From a virus (Duplodnaviria; Caudoviricetes): a stretch of DNA of 64,000 nt. The notes beneath the pieces were generated by a model. It searched no databases and was not told the DNA's origin. It was given only the letters and a program-made list of their open reading frames with translations. The stretch lies in the IMG/VR virus record IMGVR_UViG_3300037067_013225, positions 1-64,000 of that record, one strand, 5' to 3'. Each line of letters opens with the position of its first letter. The first letter of the stretch is position 1. The position numbers were made by a program, and so were the translations under genes. Below, piece by piece: positions 59,940 to 64,000 of this stretch.

Positions 59940-61898
59940 ATGCGCAACGCATTTGTAACTGGTTATCCAGTATCAAAATTGGCAAAATTGGAAGATGGCG
60001 ATGTAATTATTGAGGGCAAAGCCGCAACAAATCATCGTGATGTTCAAGGCGATATGATTAGTAAGGGAATGTTGCGTAAAATTGCAGATTCTCTAAATAG
60101 TGGACGACCGTTATATTTGAATCATTATTATCATACGCCGCCCATTGGGCAAGTTCTAAAAGCCCGGTATATGGAAGATGAAGATGAAGCTTATGTGTGG
60201 GTTCGGGCAGTTATAGATACGAACGATTCTGAGATTAAACGTAATGCTGCTGCTGGCAGAATGCCATATTTCTCTATCGGGGGACATTTACTAGATTATA
60301 AGATGAATAAAGCGGGCGGAAAAGAAACTCGCGAATGCTTAGACGGAAATATTTTAGAGCTATCCATAACACCAGCACCGATTAATATTATGGCTGGCTA
60401 TACTATTGCGAAGGGATCTATTATCGATTTACAGCATAATTTAGCGATGTTCAAATCGATTATTGAAAATTACGATTCGGAAAATTATAATAAAATTAAT
60501 ATAGATAGTATTGAGTTTAAAGATGTAGAGTTCGTTAAAAGCGAGGAATCTAACATGGAAGGTAAATCTGGTAAGGCCACCGGTTTTACAGACGTTAAGG
60601 AAAAGACACATCGTGACACTCCTGTTTTCGGCGAAAACGGCGGTACACCGGGTGTTACGGGCGAATTACCATCATTGGGTAACGGATTCAATGGGCAGAC
60701 CAAGTTTGCTGAGGAAAATACAGATAAGTTTGTAAAACCTAGCACTCGTGGTGATTCTCGTGTTGTAGATCCTCTCAATTATACAGCTAATAAGGAAGTA
60801 TTTGAGGGTCACGATTCTAAAGCTATTCCTACCGGTGAAGATTATAACGATTTCGGCGGGAACAGTGAGGGTAACGGATTAGATCCGCATTCTAATTCAT
60901 GGATCGGCTCTCAGAACAGTGCCACGTCTAGCGTGACAAATCCGAGTTCCGGCGCATCTCCGGAACCAGGCAATGCTACGGATAAAACCGGCAGCACTTG
61001 GCTTGAAAAGCATCATTCCGATTATGAGGGAATGAAAAAGTCCATTATGACTTGGGATAAAGCACATAAGGCTGCGTTGGTAGACGCTCTATTACATGAC
61101 TTTGGCTCTACTAATATTTATCAAGAAGATTACGAATCCGATATCGAAGCAATGCACAGATTAATTGAATTGGGTCAAAGCCCGAAGCGATTCCGCAAGG
61201 GCGGTCGGCAACGTGAGATGCTTGAATCTGAGATTATTCAGATTGCGAAAGCAACAGATTTCACACAGGTGGAACGCTCGTTATATGATCGGATGTTTAT
61301 CGGCCATCTAATGGGTATGCATTTGGGTGATTTTGAGAAATATTTAAAAGCGGCTGGTTATGAAGACGAGGAAAGCGATCCTATGGCGGAAAGCGCTGAG
61401 TCTGCTCCTCCGTCTCCGCAGGTAGAATCCGGTGCTCCACCGGCTCAAGAGATGCCACCCGAAGCTTCCGCTGGCGGTGGACAAGCTGATGAATTTCAAC
61501 AGTTAGTGGAGAGTGATCCAGAGTTCCAGCAGGCCGTGATTGCCATTCTACAGAAATATGGCCTGGTTGATGAGTCAGGGCAACCAATCCAAGGCTCTAA
61601 CCCCGATGCAGAGGAGCAAGCCACAGAAGAAATCAAACAATTGTTTGAGCAATACAATGGGCAGGATGAACAGCCCGCGCCTTCTGGTCCGGTACCTTCG
61701 ATGGCTAAATCTATGACAGATATGGACATTCGCAAGGCTGCACGTGATGCATTTGATGAGGCGCAAGCACAGGGGATTCTACGTTCACGGACAATTCCTG
61801 AAGAGCAACAGTATCCCACTGTCAAGGGTGAACCAATCAGCCCATCTCAGATGGCGTTAGCGCAATTTATTAAGCATAACGCTTATGGTAATAGGTAA
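59940..61898 (+). CDS. HK97-type prohead protease fused to scaffold-like region
   Basis: IEGKAAT..RDVQGD, LNH...PIG, FSIGG, ELSITPAPIN; long acidic C-terminus. Confidence 0.88.
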   Translation: MRNAFVTGYPVSKLAKLEDGDVIIEGKAATNHRDVQGDMISKGMLRKIADSLNSGRPLYLNHYYHTPPIGQVLKARYMEDEDEAYVWVRAVIDTNDSEIKRNAAAGRMPYFSIGGHLLDYKMNKAGGKETRECLDGNILELSITPAPINIMAGYTIAKGSIIDLQHNLAMFKSIIENYDSENYNKINIDSIEFKDVEFVKSEESNMEGKSGKATGFTDVKEKTHRDTPVFGENGGTPGVTGELPSLGNGFNGQTKFAEENTDKFVKPSTRGDSRVVDPLNYTANKEVFEGHDSKAIPTGEDYNDFGGNSEGNGLDPHSNSWIGSQNSATSSVTNPSSGASPEPGNATDKTGSTWLEKHHSDYEGMKKSIMTWDKAHKAALVDALLHDFGSTNIYQEDYESDIEAMHRLIELGQSPKRFRKGGRQREMLESEIIQIAKATDFTQVERSLYDRMFIGHLMGMHLGDFEKYLKAAGYEDEESDPMAESAESAPPSPQVESGAPPAQEMPPEASAGGGQADEFQQLVESDPEFQQAVIAILQKYGLVDESGQPIQGSNPDAEEQATEEIKQLFEQYNGQDEQPAPSGPVPSMAKSMTDMDIRKAARDAFDEAQAQGILRSRTIPEEQQYPTVKGEPISPSQMALAQFIKHNAYGNR

Positions 61899-61908
61899 GG
61901 ATTTCGCA

Positions 61909-63162
61909 ATGAAAAAGAAGCAAAGCTTCCTTAAGGGTTCCAACCCAGAGGCTCTACAAAAAGCAACTACAGTATACAGCCCTTCCGCTGTAACATCTGG
62001 TACATCTGCTGTTGGGTTTAATATTTCTCAACAGGTTGGCGATTTGTCCAGTTTCCCCATCATGGGTACTCCGGGCGTCTCTAACAGTATCGGTGGTCGA
62101 GATTTTCTCTCTGTAGACGTAACTACGGATTTTATTCCGTATATCAACCAGGCGTCCTATATGCGGAGCCATTTCGAAGTATATCCTATGGACGGTCCTT
62201 CCGTATATAAGCCGAAGTTCGCTGGCGCGGCTAACGCTTATGCTACTGGTGAAGGCCAAGTCATGGCACATACTCAGTTCCCAACCACTACGGTGGCGTT
62301 GGTGGCAAAGGCCATGGCCGTATCGTTTAGCGTTCCGCGAGAAATTGCTGACGATGCGATCATTAACCTGATGCCAGCTATTCGTGACCACCTTGTGGAC
62401 CGATTTGTTCTAGCAGAGGAAGAGGCATTCCTTTTGGGCGATCCTACATTTTTCGCTGGAACCGGATCTGTTAGGTCAATGTTCAGTGGTATTTCTAAGC
62501 TAGCCGAATATGATTCCGCTGGCGGCGACGATATCATGGCGAATAACGCCGCTCCGCTTGTCAATGCGGAAGGCAACCCGCTATCCATTGAGCACGTCAA
62601 CGAGGCTATTGAGAATCTCGATCTCATGGCGCAGAATCCTGACGATTTGCTCGGTATCATGAACCGACATCATGCCCGCACATTGCGCGGCGATGGCGTT
62701 GTGTTGAAAGTGCTAACCAATTTCGGACCGTCACCCGTATTTAGAACCGGTCGTATTGGTGAGGTATTTGGTATTAAGTTCGTACAGACAAGTTTGCTTA
62801 ATCCCAAGTATCCTATTGCGTCTAACGACGGCAAGTATTGGTCTTGGGTCGGATTTGGTGGCGAGACTCCGGCTGAGATTACGTCTCCCGGTAGCGATTC
62901 GTTATCCGATTTCGGCACCGGGAACCGTATTTATGCACAGTATAATACCGCAGCCGCCGCTGCGGCTGCTCAAACGACATATAGCGAAATTCTTATTGCG
63001 CATAAGGATTCGTGTGTCATAGGCGACAGGCAAAGTATTGAGCTTGAAAGTAGCGCACATACTATGTTGCCAGCTAGGGCTTTGTTACTCGTAAGCCACC
63101 AAAGAGTGGCCTTCACCGGCCAAATAAGAAAGGGGCTAACAAAAATCGTGCAGCTCTCCTGA
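61909..63162 (+). CDS. major capsid protein (HK97 fold)
   Basis: follows the protease; AAGGA SD before 61909; EEEAFLLGD, GEVFGIKFV; strong terminator after. Confidence 0.85.
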   Translation: MKKKQSFLKGSNPEALQKATTVYSPSAVTSGTSAVGFNISQQVGDLSSFPIMGTPGVSNSIGGRDFLSVDVTTDFIPYINQASYMRSHFEVYPMDGPSVYKPKFAGAANAYATGEGQVMAHTQFPTTTVALVAKAMAVSFSVPREIADDAIINLMPAIRDHLVDRFVLAEEEAFLLGDPTFFAGTGSVRSMFSGISKLAEYDSAGGDDIMANNAAPLVNAEGNPLSIEHVNEAIENLDLMAQNPDDLLGIMNRHHARTLRGDGVVLKVLTNFGPSPVFRTGRIGEVFGIKFVQTSLLNPKYPIASNDGKYWSWVGFGGETPAEITSPGSDSLSDFGTGNRIYAQYNTAAAAAAAQTTYSEILIAHKDSCVIGDRQSIELESSAHTMLPARALLLVSHQRVAFTGQIRKGLTKIVQLS

Positions 63163-63191
63163 TGTCATAGCATATACCATATCGTATACTG

Positions 63192-63216
63192 AGGCTCGAA
63201 AGAGCCTCTTTTTTTG
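63192..63216 (+). terminator. intrinsic terminator
   Basis: GAGGCTC-GAAA-GAGCCTC plus T run. Confidence 0.92.
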
Positions 63217-63242
63217 CAATAAATATCCAATAGAGCCGGTGC

Positions 63243-63271
63243 TTGACAAATCTGATTGCTTGTGGTATAAT
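63243..63271 (+). promoter_or_regulatory. sigma70-type promoter
   Basis: TTGACA-17-TATAAT. Confidence 0.85.
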
Positions 63272-63303
63272 GCGTGTGGGTCAAATCGTGTTATGAGGGA
63301 ATA

Positions 63304-64000
63304 ATGGCGTATAAAAAATGGACACCCGAAGATATCGATCTTCTAAAAGAAAAATATGCACAAAGTAGCAAAGAACAATTGCTGGAATTATTTCCCGACG
63401 TTAATTATAGACGCATTATAGATAAGGCTAGCGAATTGCATCTGTTGAAATCCCCCACAGTGGTGAGGAATACAAATATCATTAAATCTGAACAAAGATG
63501 TTCTGATGATATGTATAATTATTTGACGGAAACTGAATTGGCTTATATCGCGGGTATGGTCGATAGTGATGGATATATCTCGATAAAGGGCAATCCTCCC
63601 GCACCGGGATTGTCAATAACTAACATTCATCGTGGTGTTATAGAATGGCTGTGTGATAAGATTGTTGGTTCATCATTCTTTATCAAACCAAGGTACAAGA
63701 ATGATGGGTCAGGTTGGTGTACGAAATTTAGATGCGCTGTTATTCAAAACAAAGCGGTATATTTGTTGGTTTCCAAATTGAAACCATATTTGGTGCAAAA
63801 GAAATATGAGGCGGAATTAGTACAGGAATATTGGGATAATTTGTACGATATGGACGCTAGACATCGGCTAGCGGAGAAAATATCGTCGTTCAAAAAAATA
63901 TTTCCGTCTAAAACTGATGTCAATTTGAAAGGCCAAACCGTAATGAAATTATCAGATACAGAAAGCGCATATTTGGCGGGATTGATCGACGGAGACGGTT
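63304..64000 (+). CDS. LAGLIDADG homing endonuclease (runs off the window)
   Basis: MAYKKWTPED...; ELAYIAGMVDSDGYISI and ESAYLAGLIDGDG; no stop before 64000. Confidence 0.88.
   Translation, partial: MAYKKWTPEDIDLLKEKYAQSSKEQLLELFPDVNYRRIIDKASELHLLKSPTVVRNTNIIKSEQRCSDDMYNYLTETELAYIAGMVDSDGYISIKGNPPAPGLSITNIHRGVIEWLCDKIVGSSFFIKPRYKNDGSGWCTKFRCAVIQNKAVYLLVSKLKPYLVQKKYEAELVQEYWDNLYDMDARHRLAEKISSFKKIFPSKTDVNLKGQTVMKLSDTESAYLAGLIDGDG

Noticed and set aside
33233-62918. Antisense ORFs inside major genes (e.g. 33233..33700, 34665..35180, 41191..41727, 50786..51208, 61954..62391)
   Set aside because: Shadow frames of well-supported genes with no motifs or expression signals.
1-64000. Stop-codon reassignment
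   Set aside because: Long conserved genes are intact in code 11, and TAA, TAG and TGA all end genes.
1-64000. Apparent excess of GATATC and ATCGAT
   Set aside because: Not counted reliably and largely explainable by Asp-Ile and Ile-Asp codon pairs; needs a codon-aware test.

Overview
64 kb of a large AT-rich tailed dsDNA phage (genetic code 11); the host cannot be determined from the sequence. Layout: (1) 1-19.5 kb, + strand, early/host-takeover-type region of small ORFs behind many sigma70-type promoters, with an arginyl-tRNA synthetase; (2) 19.8-29.4 kb, mostly - strand arrays of small paralogous ORFs around an SF2 helicase; (3) 29.7-34.1 kb, envelope proteins, then three Y-RNA-like RNAs (one interrupted by an HNH gene) upstream of a Ro60/TROVE gene; (4) 34-64 kb, late/structural genes: Ser-Gly repeat fibre protein, dNMP kinase, SPFH, patatin, RuvC-like, a 1108-aa multidomain protein, inverted terminase pair, portal, prohead protease/scaffold, major capsid, and a LAGLIDADG endonuclease cut by the window end. 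Strongest unexplained signals: 19 small proteins from several unrelated families that end in the same tag (usually EIDF-stop, synonymously encoded); about 60 dispersed copies of GGCTCTA; a probable virion polyprotein with hydrophobic-x-K-A motifs at its domain junctions; 11-bp-phased TTTAAC boxes at weak promoters; and a -35-less GGG-TAnnnT motif feeding leaderless genes. All product calls rest on motif recognition by eye; no searches were run and counts are manual.
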